A stretch of DNA of 64,000 bases from Octopus sinensis (lineage: Eukaryota): positions 18,972,001 to 19,036,000 of the forward strand of contig NC_043023.1 in NCBI RefSeq assembly GCF_006345805.1. Reading direction: 5' to 3'. Positions 38,171 through 52,229 of this stretch are shown here, piece after piece (the stretch's first letter is position 1; each line of letters opens with the position of its first letter). The notes below the pieces were generated by a model. The model worked only from the letters and a program-made list of their open reading frames with translations. It did no database searches and had not been told where the DNA came from. The translations under genes and the position numbers were made by a program.

Positions 38171-38915
38171 GTCCCCAAAATCCATCCCCTCCTCGCCGTG
38201 GTGGGGACGCTGGCAATGGGTAGTGTCAGAGCAATGCTGTCGGGAACTTCGGTTCCTGGTAGGGGCCACCCAAGGCGGATTGGTCTGACACCAAGTGGTA
38301 TTAGGGCCACAACCCGGCAGACGGGGCTCTGGTGAAAATCCTCGGAGTGTCTGTTTGTGTCCCCAAAGTCCATCCCTTCCTCACCATGGTGGGGACATTG
38401 GTAATGGGTAGTGTCAGAGCTATGCCGTCGAGAAGTTCGGTTCCTGGTAGGGGCCACCCAAGGCGGATTGGTCTGACACCAAGTGGTATTAGGGCTACAA
38501 CCCAGCAGGCGGGGCTCTGGTGAAAATCCTCGGAGTGTCTGTTTGTGTCCCCAAAGTCCATCCCTTCCTCACCATGGTGGGGACATTGGTAATGGGTAGT
38601 GTCAGAGCAATGCTGTCGGGAACTTCGGTTCCTGGTAGGGGCCACCCAAGGCGGATTGGTCTGACACCGAGTGGTATTAGGGCCACAACCCAGCAGGCGG
38701 GGCTCTGGTGAAATTCCTCGGAGTGTCTGTTTGTGTCCCCAAAGTCCATCCCTTCCTCACCATGGTGGGGACACTGGCAATGGGTAGTGTCAGAGCTATG
38801 CCGTCGAGAAGTTCGGTTCCTGGTAGGGGCCACCCAAGGCGGATTGGTCTGACACCAAGTGGTATTAGGGCTACAACCCGGCAGACGGGGCTCTGGTGAA
38901 AATCCTCTGAGTGTT
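38171..38915. repeat. GC-rich 188-bp tandem repeat x4
   Basis: gtccccaaa at 38171, 38359, 38547 and 38735. Confidence 0.95.
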
Positions 38916-39390
38916 TGCTTCGGCAACCGGTGGCTCCTCGGTCATTCTGCCCCTGCATCTGCGGACAATCTGCGGCAAACAGGATGTCTGTATATGCAGG
39001 ATTGTTGGGGACCGCTTGTGAAATCCACATATTCCCACGAAACTTCTTCCATGAATTCTCAATGGCGAATACAAGGCCTCGAGGGTGGTAGAAGAAGCCG
39101 ACTCAACCCACCCAGGGTGAATGTCACCTCAAGTACAAGTACAAGTACATTGCTTCATTTGAGAAGACCTGCCCACCACAACAGAATTGAGATCCTAAAA
39201 CCACAGTACTTCGTAAAAAGCACTGGTAGTGGTGATGCCATATAAAAAGCAAATCGGTTGACGTTACCAAGAGCAACAAACTGTAGAAACTAAGTCGAAA
39301 CAGACTAGGGAACTTGGTGTGGCCCCTGTCCCCCCCCCCCCTGCAAGCTCCTGTCAAGGCATCCCACCAATGCCATCATGGAAAACGGAT

Positions 39391-41930
39391 GGGATCATTT
39401 CGGTTGACCGGAGACCGGTTGTTTTTTAAAATAATTTCCACGTAACTAAACACTTTTAAACTTCGTATATACTGGTAGAATGTGTTTATAAAACATCTTT
39501 TTCTCTTGGCTTTATTGAGAAAATTCTATAGTTTGTAAGATATTTGGGTCTTTTCGGTTTGACCGGCAGTTTTTTAAAATAATTCCACGTAACTAAACAC
39601 TTTTAAACTTCGTATACTGGTAGAATGTGTTATAAAAACATCTTTTTCTCTTGGCTTTATTGAGAAAATTCTATAGTTGTAAGATATTTGGGTCTTTTCG
39701 GTTTGACCGGCCAGTTTTTTAAAATATTTCCACGTAACTAAACACTTTTAAACTTCGTATACTGGTAGAATGTGTTTATAAAACATCTTTTTCTCTTGGC
39801 TTTATTGAGAAAATTCTATAGTTTGTAAGATATTTGGGTCTTTTCGGTTTGACCGGCAGTTTTTTTAAAATAATTTCCACGTACTAAAACACTTTTAAAC
39901 TTCGTATACTGGTAGAATGTGTTTATAAAACATCTTTTTCTCTTGGCTTTATTGAGAAAACTCTATAGTTTGTAAGATATTTGGGTCTTTTCGGTTTGAC
40001 CGGCAGTTTTTTTAAAATAATTTCCACGTAACTAACACTTTTAAACTTCGAAACTCGTAGAATGTGTTTATATAAAACATCTTTTTCTCTTGGCTTTATT
40101 GAGAAAACTCTATAGTTGTAAGATATTTGGGTCTTTTCGGTTTGACCGGCAGTTTTTTAAAATAATTTCCACGTAACTAAACACTTTTAAACTTCGTATA
40201 CTCGTAGAATGTGTTTATAAAACATCTTTTTCTCTTGGCTTTATTGAGAAAATTCTATAGTTTGTAAGATATTTGGGTCTTTTCGGTTTGACCGGCAGTT
40301 TTTTAAAATAATTTCCACGTAACTAAACACTTTTAAACTTCGTATACTCGTAGAATGTGTTTATAAAACATCTTTTTCTCTTGGCTTTATTGAGAAAACT
40401 CTATAGTTTGTAAGATATTTGGGTCTTTTCGGTTTGACCGCAGTTTTTTTAAAATATTTCCACGTAACTAAACACTTTTAAACTTCGTATACTCGTAGAA
40501 TGTGTTTATAAAACATCTTTTTCTCTTGGCTTTTATTTATTGAGAAAATTCTATAGTTTGTAAGATATTTGGGTCTTTTCGGTTTGAACCGGCAGTTTTT
40601 TAAAATAATTTCCACGTAACTAACACTTTTAAACTTCGTATACTCGTAGAATGTGTTTATAAAACATCTTTTTCTCTTGGTTTTATTGAGAAAATTCTAT
40701 AGTTTGTAAGATATTTGGGTCTTTTCGGTTTGACCGGCAGTTTTTTAAAATAATTTCCACGTAACTAAACACTTTTAAACTTCGTATACTGGTAGAATGT
40801 GTTTATAAAACATCGTTTTCTCTTGGCTTTATTGAGAAAATTCTATAGTTTGTAAGATATTTGTTGTTTTTTTTCTTCAATTCCTGCAATTTCAACCAAT
40901 CAAACAAATCTATTGAGGTAAAAAACATTCTGTGCCGTATGAATATGTCCCTCATTTAAGAAATAGGATCTTTCTGGTTTGACCGGCAGTTTTTTAAAAT
41001 AATTTCCACGTAACTAAACACTTTTAAACTTCGTATACTGGTAGAATGTGTTTATAAAACATCTTTTTCTCTTGGCTTTATTGAGAAAATTCTATAGTTT
41101 GTAAGATGTTTGTTGTTTTTTCTTCAATTTCTGCAATTTCAACCAATCAATGACGTCTATGGAGGTAAAAAAAATATTCTGTGCCATATGAATATGTCCC
41201 TCGTTTAAGAAACAGATTTGGTTTATTTACATTGCTAAAGGAAAAAGGGATCTTTTCGATTTGAACGGCAGTTTTTTAAAATAATTTCTAGGTAACTAAA
41301 CACTTTTAAACTTCATATACTGGTAGAATGTGTTTATAAAACATCTTTTTCTCTTGGCTTTATGAGAAAATTCTATAGTTTGTAAGATATTTGTTGTTTT
41401 TTTTCTTCAATTTCTTCAATTTCAACCAATCACTGACACCTATTGAAGTAAAAAAAAGATATTCTGCGCCATATGAATATGTCCCTCGTTTAAGAAACAG
41501 CTTGGGTTTATTTACATTGCTGAAGAAAAAGGATCTTTTCGGTTTGAACGGCAGTTTTTAAAATATTTCCACGTAACTAAACACTTTTAAACTTCGTATA
41601 CTGGTAGAATGTGTTTATAAAAAATCTTTCCTCTTGCTTATTGAGAAAATTCTATAGTTTGTAAATATTTGTTGTTGTTTTTTCTTCTTCAATTTCTGCA
41701 ATTTCAACCAATCACTGACGTCTATTGAGGTAAAAAAAGACATTCTGTGCCATATGAATATGTCCCTCGTTTAAGAAACAGATTGGGTTTATTTACATTT
41801 GTGAAGAAAAAAGATACCCTCCCCCCACCCCTAACCCTAACCCTAACCCTAAAACAGATTGAAATGCAATAGATCGATACTAGGGTCATAATTATGGGTG
41901 ACAATTTCATATGACACCGCTAGAAAAAAC
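39391..41930 (+). mobile_element. MITE family E array: ten ~146-bp left-end units, then longer units
   Basis: Same TIR-start unit and junction as 27691-28872; the last copy carries (CCCTAA)3. Confidence 0.88.
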
Positions 41931-42199
41931 TTCTGTGTGTGTGTATATGTCTCTAAATAATCATACATTATATGGGTGATATTTTGAACTGTGACGTTTG
42001 ATCTTATTCTCTGAGTGCTTCAATTCTGTGTATGTACAGCTATTTATCAGTTTGCTGACAAGTATTGGTAGTTTCCGACATCGTGTTGATGTGACATTTT
42101 CCATCAATAATAAGACTGTCTGAATTCCTGCCGACACGCGTAGGCTAGGATGTATATAATGAATTTTAATCTTCGTAAGTGGCTTTTGGCACAACATAT

Positions 42200-43200
42200 A
42201 ATAATAATGAAATTATTGTATACAGTGCTCAGGTGCACCACAACTTGTCAGAAAGTGCGTATAAAGCATATGCAGTAATGTACAAATATCTGGAAAGCGA
42301 ATAATGTATGAGTCAGATACATGCTTGCTTGTGTGTATGGAGTGGAGAAAATCAGGTGTAGTGTTGGCGAATCTCAGGAAGCATGGAAGTTTTCAAGGAA
42401 GCAGTGCTCCGACAACCAACAACTGATGCCAGCAGCTTGTTCCATGCTTCAGCTTGTGTATGGAGGGGAGAAAATCAGGTGTAGTGTTGGCGAATCTCAG
42501 GAAGCATGGAAGTTTTCAAGGAAGCAGTGCTCCGACAACCAACAACTGATGCCGGCAGTTTGTTCCATGCTTCAGCAACTCTCAGCGTGAAAAAATGTTT
42601 CCTAAAGTCATGGAAGGAGCTGTGCTGTTTTCTGACTTTGTAAATATGCCCACGGGTGTTAGACGGGTGGGGCTTGATAGGTGCTCAGAGTTATTGTTTG
42701 TAAGATGGTTAATAATTTTATGGGTGTCTGCCAAGTCAGCTGCCAGACGTCGGAGTTTCAATGTGTCCATGGCCAGGGAAGAAGTAAGGCGTTGGAGAAT
42801 ATGGCAAATGCCTAATGGACGGTATTCTCTTGGTTGCACGGCTTGCAGACGATTAATATCCTGGGCAAGATAGGGGTTCCAGACCGGTGATGCAAATTCC
42901 AGGTGAGGTCTTACCATGGCTATATAAAGCCGCAGATATATAGCCAGAGAGCGGCTCACAAAGGACTTGGTGAGTGATGCCAAGACACCCTCAGCCTTCT
43001 TGGTAATTTTAGCGATGCGTTTTGTCCAACGCAAATTGCTGTCGACAATAACACCCAGGTCACGTTGACACAGTGTCAAAGTAGATCACCTGTAAAGTAG
43101 GTCATCAAATAATATTTAGACGCAATACAAAGTGAAACTGTACAAAGCCCTAAGAGGATATTTGAACGAAGAGTCATTACACTCGCAATATTGTAAACAA
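42200..43200 (-). mobile_element. CR1/L2-group LINE 3' fragment
   Basis: DLGVIVDSNLRWTKRI..YIAMVRPHLEFASPVWNPYL, with a ~120-bp internal duplication in the 3' region and a (TTA)n tail. Confidence 0.85.
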
Positions 43201-43387
43201 TCTTCCATGTTTTACATTGTATTTCTTGTGTGAGATATTACGTTGGTGTGTGCATCTGTGTCTTTTGTGTTTATGAATGCATGTACCCACGTCCCACGTA
43301 AATTCAACCGAGGTGATTCACAAAATGAAAGTGAAATCTTACCTAAGCTACATTCATCGTATGGTTCATAATAGTTGGAAAACTTGA

Positions 43388-43560
43388 CGAGGCGTAGGAG
43401 TGGCTGTGTGGTAAGTAGCTTGCTTACGAACCACATGGTTCCGGGTTCAGTCCCACTGCGTGGCACCTTGGGCAGGTATCTTCTACTATAGCCTCGGGCC
43501 AACCAAAGCCTTGTGAGTGGATTTGGTAGACGGAAGCTGAAGAAGCCTTTCGTATATATG

Positions 43561-43597
<37 letters not shown>

Positions 43598-43630
43598 CAT
43601 ATATATATATTATATATATATATATAATAT

Positions 43631-43670
<40 letters not shown>

Positions 43671-43863
43671 TATATATTCTTTTTTTTTTTCTTTTACTTT
43701 TACTTGTTTCAGTCATTTGACTGTGGCCATGCTGGAGCACCGCCTTTAGTCGAGCAACTCGACCCTGGGACTTATTCTTTTGTAAGCCCAGTACTTATTC
43801 TATCGGTCTCTTTTGCCGAACCGCTAAGTGACGGGGATATTATATATATACAAACATATATAT

Positions 43864-43923
<60 letters not shown>

Positions 43924-43932
43924 ATATATATT

Positions 43933-43983
<51 letters not shown>

Positions 43984-44200
43984 ATGTGTTTGTGTGTCTG
44001 TGATTGTCCCCCCCCCAACATCGCTTGACAACCGATGCTGGTGTTTTACGTCCCCGTAACTTAGCGGCTCGGCAAAAAAAGAGACGATAGATAAGTACTG
44101 GGCTTACATAAGAATAAGTCCTGGGGTCGATTTGATCGACTAAAAGGCGGTGCTCCAGCATGGCCGCAGTCAAAATGACTGAAAAAAGTAAAAGAGTAAA
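43388..44200. mobile_element. SINE family B pieces in both orientations, interleaved with (TA)n
   Basis: Head (+) 43388-43560, tail (-) 43690-43840 and tail (+) 43975-44200. Confidence 0.8.
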
Positions 44201-44366
44201 TTAGATATTGAATTCTTTTGTCTACACAATATTACTTCCTTTTCCGAGAATAACATATTTTGTAGATTTTCGTCGAAATGTACAAGTAAACACATGCATA
44301 GGTACATATAAACATGTATGTATATATAGGAGTGAATACACACACACACACACACACGCATATGTA

Positions 44367-44746
44367 CACTACCGTCAGAAATTAATTAGCACCCTTGATT
44401 TGCTCTTCACTCAAGGTATGTGCTGTCACCTAGTGGCCATATCTCGAACTATTGCTTTGTTGCGAGTTCACTGTTGCGCAGAACGATGACGTAACTTTGT
44501 TTGCAGAGCAGTTTGAGAGTCTACAGCCTTATGATGTTGACATAGCAGTGCAACAACAACTTGGAGTGCGGATGCAGACAAATCTTCCTTTGTTGAATAG
44601 ATATAGGTAGCGCCTCGCAAGGACCGAAATCACACCATACTAAGTTTTCTCATTGTGTAAGACGTTTTGAACAGCTCATAGGTTAATTGATTTAACCTAT
44701 TTAATGTAGAAATTTGAGAAGTGCTAATTAATTTCTGACGCAAGTG
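44367..44746. mobile_element. Tc1/mariner-like non-autonomous element, 380 bp
   Basis: TIRs CACT..CGTCAGAAATTAATTAGCAC / GTGCTAATTAATTTCTGACG..AGTG, with TA on both sides. Confidence 0.85.
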
Positions 44747-44957
44747 TATATATAAATATATGTCCTTATTCTATCAGTCCCTTTTTGCCGAACCGCTAGG
44801 TTGCGGTAACATAAAAACCAACAGCAGTCGTCAAGCGGTGAGGTGGAAAGAAACACAGATACAAAGACACACACATAGAAATCTATATATACGACGGGCT
44901 TCTTTCAGTTTCCGTCTACTAAATCCACCCATGAAGCTTTTGTTGGGACGGGGCTAA

Positions 44958-45624
44958 GGAGGCTCATGGCCTAGTGGTTAGAGCAGCGGACTCACGGTCG
45001 AGGGATCGCGGGTTCGAATCTCAGACCGGGCGATGTGTGTGTTTATGAGCGAAAACACCTAAGCTCCACGCGGTTCCGGCAGAAGGTAATGGCGAACTTC
45101 TGCTGACTCTTTCGCCACAAATTCCCCTCACTCTTTCTTCCTGCATCTTGTGGAGGCACATGGCCTATGGTTAAGCAGCGGACTCACGGTCGAGGGATCG
45201 CTGGTTCGAATCTCAGACTGGGCGATATGTGTGTTTATGATCGAAACACCTAAGCTCCATGCGGCTCTGGTAGAAGTAATGGCGAACTTCTGCTGACTCT
45301 TTCGCCACAAATTCCCCTCACCCTTTCTTCTTCTGCATCTTGTGGAGGCACATGGCCTAGTGGTTAGAGTAGCGGACTCACAGTCGAGGGATCGCTGGTT
45401 CGAATCTCAGACTGGGCGATATGTGTGTTTATGATCGAAACACTTAAGCTCCATGCGGCTCTGGCAGAAGGTACTTTCGCCACAACTTTCTCTCTCTCTT
45501 TCCCCCTGCATCTTGCAGCTCACCTGCGACAGACCGGCGTCTCGTCCAGGTGGGGAACCTATACGTCAAGGAAACCGGGAAACTGGCCCGAATGAGACAA
45601 GCGTGGCTCAAGAAGGAACAAACA

Positions 45625-45673
<49 letters not shown>

Positions 45674-45830
45674 TGTGTGTGTGGAGGCATGAGGCCTAGT
45701 GGTTAGAGCAGCGGGCTCGCAGTCAAGGGATCGCGGGTTCGAATCTCAGACCGGGCGATGTGTGTGTTTATGAGCGAAACACCTAAGCTCCACGCGGCTC
45801 CGACAGAAGGTAATGGCAAAACTTCTGCTG
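44958..45830 (+). mobile_element. tRNA(Arg)-like SINE family D, three tandem copies plus a fourth
   Basis: ggaggcacatggcctagtggttagagcagcggactc(g/a)cggtcgagggatcgcgggttcgaatc, with A- and B-box-like motifs followed by a non-tRNA body. Confidence 0.82.
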
Positions 45831-45946
45831 TACTTACTTATTTTAAGCCAGGTACTTATTCTATCGGTTACTTTGGCTGAACTGCTAAGTTTCAGGGATA
45901 TAAGCACACCACAGCCAATTGTCAAATACAGACACACACACACACA

Positions 45947-45984
<38 letters not shown>

Positions 45985-45988
<4 letters not shown>

Positions 45989-46305
45989 GAGCAGGTTGGT
46001 GACTGATAAGAGGAAGGTAGGGGGGATGTTGTTCTTTTGTTGGTTTGATTATATGATAAAAATATATAGTAGTCACATTGACACCACGACCCCCTCCCTT
46101 CGTCTTATATATTACCATCCCTCTACCACCATTCACCGATCCTCTCTCAGTATTTTAAACTTCTACCTGTAATAGATGTAATAGAAAGCCTACCTTTGTA
46201 TAAAGTCAAGGTAAAATTTCATTCAAAGCAGAAACTTATGATCGACGGAGCAATAAATCAGGACACCTGAGAAGCCGAGCTAACACGAAGTAGCAGGTAA
46301 GAAAC
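45985..46305 (+). promoter_or_regulatory. Putative promoter / non-coding first exon of gene C (donor CAG|GTAAGA at 46296/46297; uORF 46238-46270)
   Basis: Paralogous to 14150-14435. Confidence 0.6.
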
Positions 46306-46464
46306 TTCAGCGTACCTCTAAATGTGTGCCCACCCCAAATTGTCCGAATTTTTCTGAAATTCCTTTTCTCACCCACAGAAAAATTCTTCCACAACAAATT
46401 TCGATATAATTGCAATCTACACCACCTGAAGCGTGTTTATAGAAAATTTCATTAAAAAAAAAGC

Positions 46465-47449
46465 TGGATCTTTTCGGTTTGGACGGCAGTTTTTTAAAAT
46501 AATTTCCACGTAACTAAACACTTTTAAACTTCGTATACTGGTAGAATGTGTTTATAAAACATCTTTTTCTCTTGGCTTTATTGAGAAAATTCTATAGTTT
46601 GTAAGATATTTGTTGTTTTTTCTTCAATTTCTGTAATTTCATCCAATCAATGGCATCTATTGGGGTAAAAACATTCTGTGCCGTATGAATATGTTCGGTT
46701 TGAACGGCATTTTTTAAAAATAATTTCCACGTAACTAAAAAATTTTAAACTTCGTATACTGGTAGAATGTGTTTGTAAAACATCTTTTTCTCTTGGCTTT
46801 ATTGAGAAAATTCTATAGTTTGTAAGATATTTGTTGTTTTTTCTTCAATTTCTGCAATTTCATCCAATCAATGGCATCTATTGGGGTAAAAACATTCTGT
46901 GCCATATGAATATGTCCCTCGTTTAAGAAACAGGGATCTTTTCAGTTTGAACGGCAGTTTTTAAAAATAATTTTCAGAATAAGTACCTGGCTTAAGATAA
47001 ATAAGTACTGGTGTCAATTAATTCGACTTAAGATTCAGATCTTTTCGGTTTGAACGGCAGTTTTTTAAAATAATTTCCACGTAACTAAAAACTTTTAAAC
47101 TTCGTATACTGGTAGAATGTGTTTGTAAAACATCTTTTTCTCTTGGCTTTATTGAGAAAATTCTATAGTTTGTAAGATATTTGTTGATTTTTTTCTTCAA
47201 TTTCTGCAATTTCAACCAATCAATGACGTCTATTGAGGTAAAAAAAAAACATTGTGTTGTATGAATATGTCCCTCGTTTAAGAAACAGATTGGGTTTATT
47301 TACATTTGTGAAGAAAAAAAAGATACCCTTCCCCCCATCCCTAACCCTAACCCTAAAACAGATTGAAAAGCAATACTAGGGTCATAATAAGGGTGATAAT
47401 TTCATATGACACCGCTAGAAAAAAACTGCCGTTCAAACCGAAAAGATCC
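46465..47449 (+). mobile_element. MITE family E copies; the last (~47038-47449) has both TIRs
   Basis: GATCTTTTCGGTTTGAACGGCAGTTTTTT ... AAAAAACTGCCGTTCAAACCGAAAAGATCC. Confidence 0.88.
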
Positions 47450-47828
47450 AAATATTCATTCTTCTGGGAGTTATGAGGAAACAAATTTATGGAGGTAGGA
47501 GAAGGGCACAACTGTGCGGGTTTGCTTTATATGTGTCACCCTGTATATACGGACATAGAAAATGGGTAATTTTTAATGGAATTTTCTCACCTTCTGATGT
47601 GTAGTTTCCGATTATATCGGATTTTATTGTGAAAAAGTCTTTGCCGAAGGTGAGGAAAAGGGTTTCGGAAAGTGCATGGGATTCGGTTTCGTTTCCTCAT
47701 AACTTTTTGAAAAAGGCACAGTTTTTAATGAAATTTTCTATAAATACTTTTCTATGGTGGAGGTCGGGTGTAAGCATCCCTACTCTACCTTTTTTTTTGT
47801 TTTCTTTTTCCCAAAAAATTTCTTCAGA

Positions 47829-48010
47829 GGGCGAACCTTTGGTATATGTACTGGTGTAAGTACCAGAAGTAGCGGATATATTTTTAAAAAGTGTTTTTTT
47901 TTTATATATATGGAGGGTTAGGGATAGGGTTAGGTGTGGGAGAAAAGGGTTTCTTTTATCTTCAGAAATGTAAACAAAGTCACGTGTGTACCTATACCGA
48001 AGTATCGCCC
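47829..48010. mobile_element. 182-bp MITE with ~25-bp TIRs and an internal short TTAGGG-like seed
   Basis: GGGCGAACCTTTGGTATATGTAC ... GTACCTATACCGAAGTATCGCCC; homologous to both flanks of the 34-37.8 kb array. Confidence 0.8.
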
Positions 48011-48358
48011 TTCGGAGTCCTATGTTTTCTATGTCAAAATTTACGATTTTGCTTATAAAAAATGGCGGGAGGTGTTATATGACTTGCATAAAGCTGAAGG
48101 CCGCCGAATATAGTCACTAGTCATTGTCAATGTATGACCCAATTCAAAGAGTTTATAATTCACTAAACTTCTATCCATATAATATATAGGCGTAGGTGTG
48201 GCTGTGTGGTAAGTAGCTTGCTAACCAACCACATGGCTCCGGGTTCAGTCCCACTACATGGCATCTTGGGCAAGTGTCTTCTACTATAGCCTCAGGCTGA
48301 CCAAAGCCTTGTGAGTGGATTTGGTAGACGGAAACTGAAAGAAGCCCGTCGTATATAT

Positions 48359-48442
<84 letters not shown>

Positions 48443-51307
48443 GACAGGAAAGAAAGGAGTCATGGAGGTGTTGCTATGTACATCCGTGAGGACCTCACAC
48501 CCCAGGTCCTCTTGTCATACTCAAACTCGGTGTGTGACACACTAATTGTACATATTAAGCAACTTGATGTAGTTGTGTGTGCTACATATCGCCCTCCAGA
48601 TGCCCCAAGCCATGTGGGCAAGTTTGAAGACTGCCTTATAAAATAGAAGAAATTCTAACCACATTAGAACAACACATAGGTGTGCTTCTTATGGGAGACT
48701 TCAATCTGCCCAATGTCAGATGGCCCGAGGGCCTTTCTCTCCCAGGAATGACAAGATGTGAACGAGGACAGGCGAGGTCCCTCCTGAACCTCATCACACC
48801 CTGTACATGGAGCAGGTAATACTCCAACCAACCAGGGCAGGTAACACACTGGATCTCTGCTTCACAAATGACATGGATCTCATCCATAATGTGAAAGTGA
48901 CACCGACACTACTCTCGGATCACACATGATAGAGCTGACCATGTACGGGCCAAAAGAGAGCACGGACATGCAGCCTACAAGAAACCCTCAAAATCTTTCC
49001 AGCTTGAACTACCATAAGGCAAACTGTAAACAAATTGAGAAAGAGATCCTCAAACAAAACTGGCCTAAATGTCTCTCCTCGCCAGACATCGACGTGAAAC
49101 TTCAACAATTCATGTCTGTAATGCAAGCCATATGCTACAAATGTGTCCCAGAGAGAAAGGCCACTGTACACAAGAACAAAATCCCCAGAGAGAGGAAAAT
49201 TTTAATGAGACGGCGTACGAAATTTTCAATCGCCTAAACAAACAGATTGAAAGCAGTGAAAAGTCCCGCCTAAAAATAAAACTGTTGGAAATCGAAAATG
49301 TCTGCAACTCTCCCATGAAAAGAAAGAGCAGACAAAGAAGCCTGGGCTATAGAAAACATAAAATCTAACCCCAGAGCTTTCTACAGGTATGCCAAAGAAA
49401 CAGCTACAGTGCACTGTAGAATAGGGCCACTCCTCGAAAAGGATGGCACACTTACAGGAAAACCAATGAGGGTAAGTGAAATACTGAATGAGCAATTCAA
49501 GAGTGTTTTCACTCCACCCCTTGGGCATCTCCAAATCACCAATCCAACTGACTTTTTTACCACTGCAGATATAAAATCAGAGGCGGCGACGATAGATTAC
49601 ATCGATATAAAGGAAGACGATGTAACCAAGGCTATAGATGAAATGAAAACAGACTCAGCTACTGGCCCCGATTCCCGGCAATCCTCCTAAAAGCATGTAA
49701 GAGAGTCCTAGCAAGACCACTGCAGTTCCTCTTTCAGAGCTTCCTTGCAGCTGGCAAACTTCCAGGAAAACTGAAGGAAGGTAAAATATGCCCCATTCAT
49801 AAAGGAGGTAGCAGAGTGGAAGCCAAGAACTATAGACCTATCTCTCTGACCTCACACATCAGCAAGGTCATGGAACGAATAGTCAGAAGGAAGCTGATCA
49901 CCTTCCTTGAAGAGAATGACTTGCTGCCCGACACCCAACATGGTTTCCGACCAGGGAGAAGCTGTTTAACTCAGCTCCTACAACACTATGACTGGGTGCT
50001 GAAACGGCTGCTCAACCACTCAAATGTGGAAGTGATATATCTCGACTTTGCAAAGGCCTTTGATAAAGTCGATCATGGAATGATATGTCACAAACTGCGT
50101 GATCTCAACATAGTTGGAAAACTGGGAGAATGGCTTCATGACTTCTGAAGGATAGAAGTCAGGTGGTAGTAGCCAATGGGGCCACCTCCATTAACACACA
50201 AATAGTGAGCGGTGTTCCGCAGGGCACTGTTCTGGGACCACTACTGTTCATAATGGCCCTCTCAGACATGCCCTCAGCCATGCAGAGAGCCACGATCACA
50301 AGTTATGCAGACGATACAAAAGTTTCACAGGCAATACAGAACCCTGAGGACACTAAACACCTGCAATGTGAGCTGGACGAAATATACAAGTGGGCTAAAA
50401 ACAATAGCATGCAGTTCAATGCTGGAAAGTTTCAAGCTTTATACTATCAGCATGCAAAACTGAATGCAATACCCAATGAATACACTGGACCCGGAGGGAT
50501 TGCAATCCCAGAGGCACAATCAGTGCGTGACCTGGGTATTCACATGAGTGATGACGCGACCTTTCATGTACATGTTGCTAAACTGACAATGAAATGTAGA
50601 CGGCTGGCTGGATGGATTCTTAGAACCTTGAGAACAAGAGAACAAGAAACCATGATGGTCCTCTGGAAGACCTTGTCCTAAGCCACTTTGACTATTGCTC
50701 TCAGCTATAGTCACCATCCAGTGTCAAGTTGATCACAGAACTTGAGGCGATCCAACGAAGCTACACAAAGAAGATAGCCTCTATGCAGAATGTAAGCTAC
50801 TGGGAAAGACTCAAGAGATTAAAATTATATTCCCTGGAGCGTAGGCGGGAAAGATATGCCATAATATACATCTGGAAGATCCTGGAGGGAAGTGTCCTGA
50901 ACTTTGGCATCGAGAGTTACGCAAATGCCAGAACTGGGCGCCACTGCGTGGTGCCTAGGACTCCAAACCTGCCATCAAGATGTAGGACAAGATTCTGTGA
51001 TAGCCTGGGCTTCCGAGGCCCACAGCTCTTCAATATCCTCCCGAGAACCTGAGAGACCTGCATGGGGTGGATACAGATGTCTTTAAAATGAAGCTGGATC
51101 TCTTCCTGTCAGGTGTCCCAGATGAACCAACTTCACGGCAGGAGGGGCAGATGAGGGCAGCTGCATCGAACTCTCTCATGCACCAAATAGCAGTTGCTAG
51201 AAAGCCTCCATGAGGTGAAACCAGGTAGCAACACCAAATGGCGGTGCCCCAGCATGGCCACAGCTCATAAGCTGAAACTAGAATCAATCAATCAATCAAT
51301 CAATCAA
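48443..51307 (+). mobile_element. CR1/L2-group LINE ORF2 (APE endonuclease + reverse transcriptase), 5'-truncated and disabled
   Basis: ATYRPP and LMGDFNLP (APE); NYRPISLTS, QHGFRPGRSC, YLDFAKAFDKVDH, GVPQGTVLGPLLF and YADD (RT). Several frameshifts and stops; (AATC)n tail at ~51283-51307. Confidence 0.93.
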
Positions 51308-51537
51308 TATATTATTATTATTTGAGGGAATATAAATCCAAAGTTACAGGGGGAAAAAATGCAATTTAGAAATACTAAATCAAATTTCACACAATATAAT
51401 ATATATATATAACTAAAAAAAAAACCTTTTATCAATTCAAAATGAACAATTAAATTACACCATCTAGAAAATTACATATTTTAATTTTATATTTCTATTA
51501 TATTTAATTTTCTAGATGTTGTAATTTAATTTTTCAT

Positions 51538-51611
<74 letters not shown>

Positions 51612-51636
51612 ATATATGTGTCTATATGTATGTATG

Positions 51637-51667
<31 letters not shown>

Positions 51668-52183
51668 TTATGTATGTATGTATTATGTATGTATATATGT
51701 GTGTGTATATGTTTCTGTGTCTGTGTTTGGCCCCCTAGCATCGCTTGACAACCGATGCTGGTGTGTTTACGTCCCCGTAACTTAGCGGTTCGGCAAAAGA
51801 GACCGATGGAACAAGATTTAGGCTTACGAAAAATAAGTCCTGGGGTCGATTTGCTCGACTGAAGGCGGTGCTCCAGCATGGCCACAAGTAAAAGAGTAAA
51901 GAGTAAAGAGAGTAACTAAATTTGAAATATCGGTTTCAACCTTTGTCACTAGACCAGCAAAGTTCGGGGGCGAGGTAAGTTCATTAAATCGACCCCAGTA
52001 CGCAACTGGTACTTAGTTTATTGACCCTGATAGGATGAACGGCGAAGTCGACCTCAGCGGAAATGTCGTTAAGCTAACGATGGCAAAAATTCTAACAATT
52101 TTCTGAAAGTAAATTTTTTAAATTTCTGATACCAGTTATACTCTGGGCGTAAGCTCTCATGTTTCAAAAATGTTTTACAGGTC

Positions 52184-52229
52184 ATGGACGTTCACATGTT
52201 GTTCTTCTGTGTGTTTGCGTTGTGTTTTT
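52184..52229 (+). CDS. Gene C signal-peptide exon (MDVHMLFFCVFALCF, phase-1 donor)
   Basis: Acceptor tgttttacag ends at 52180, ATG is at 52184 and the donor GTAAGT is at 52230. Confidence 0.85.

Noticed and set aside
41830-41851. (CCCTAA)3 as interstitial telomere (also ~28803, ~47341)
   Set aside because: It is a fixed internal part of MITE family E.
44958-45830. tRNA-Arg genes
   Set aside because: The tRNA-like heads run into a shared non-tRNA body and occur as diverged dispersed copies; they are SINEs.
48443-51307. Active autonomous LINE
   Set aside because: It is 5'-truncated with multiple frameshifts and in-frame stops.
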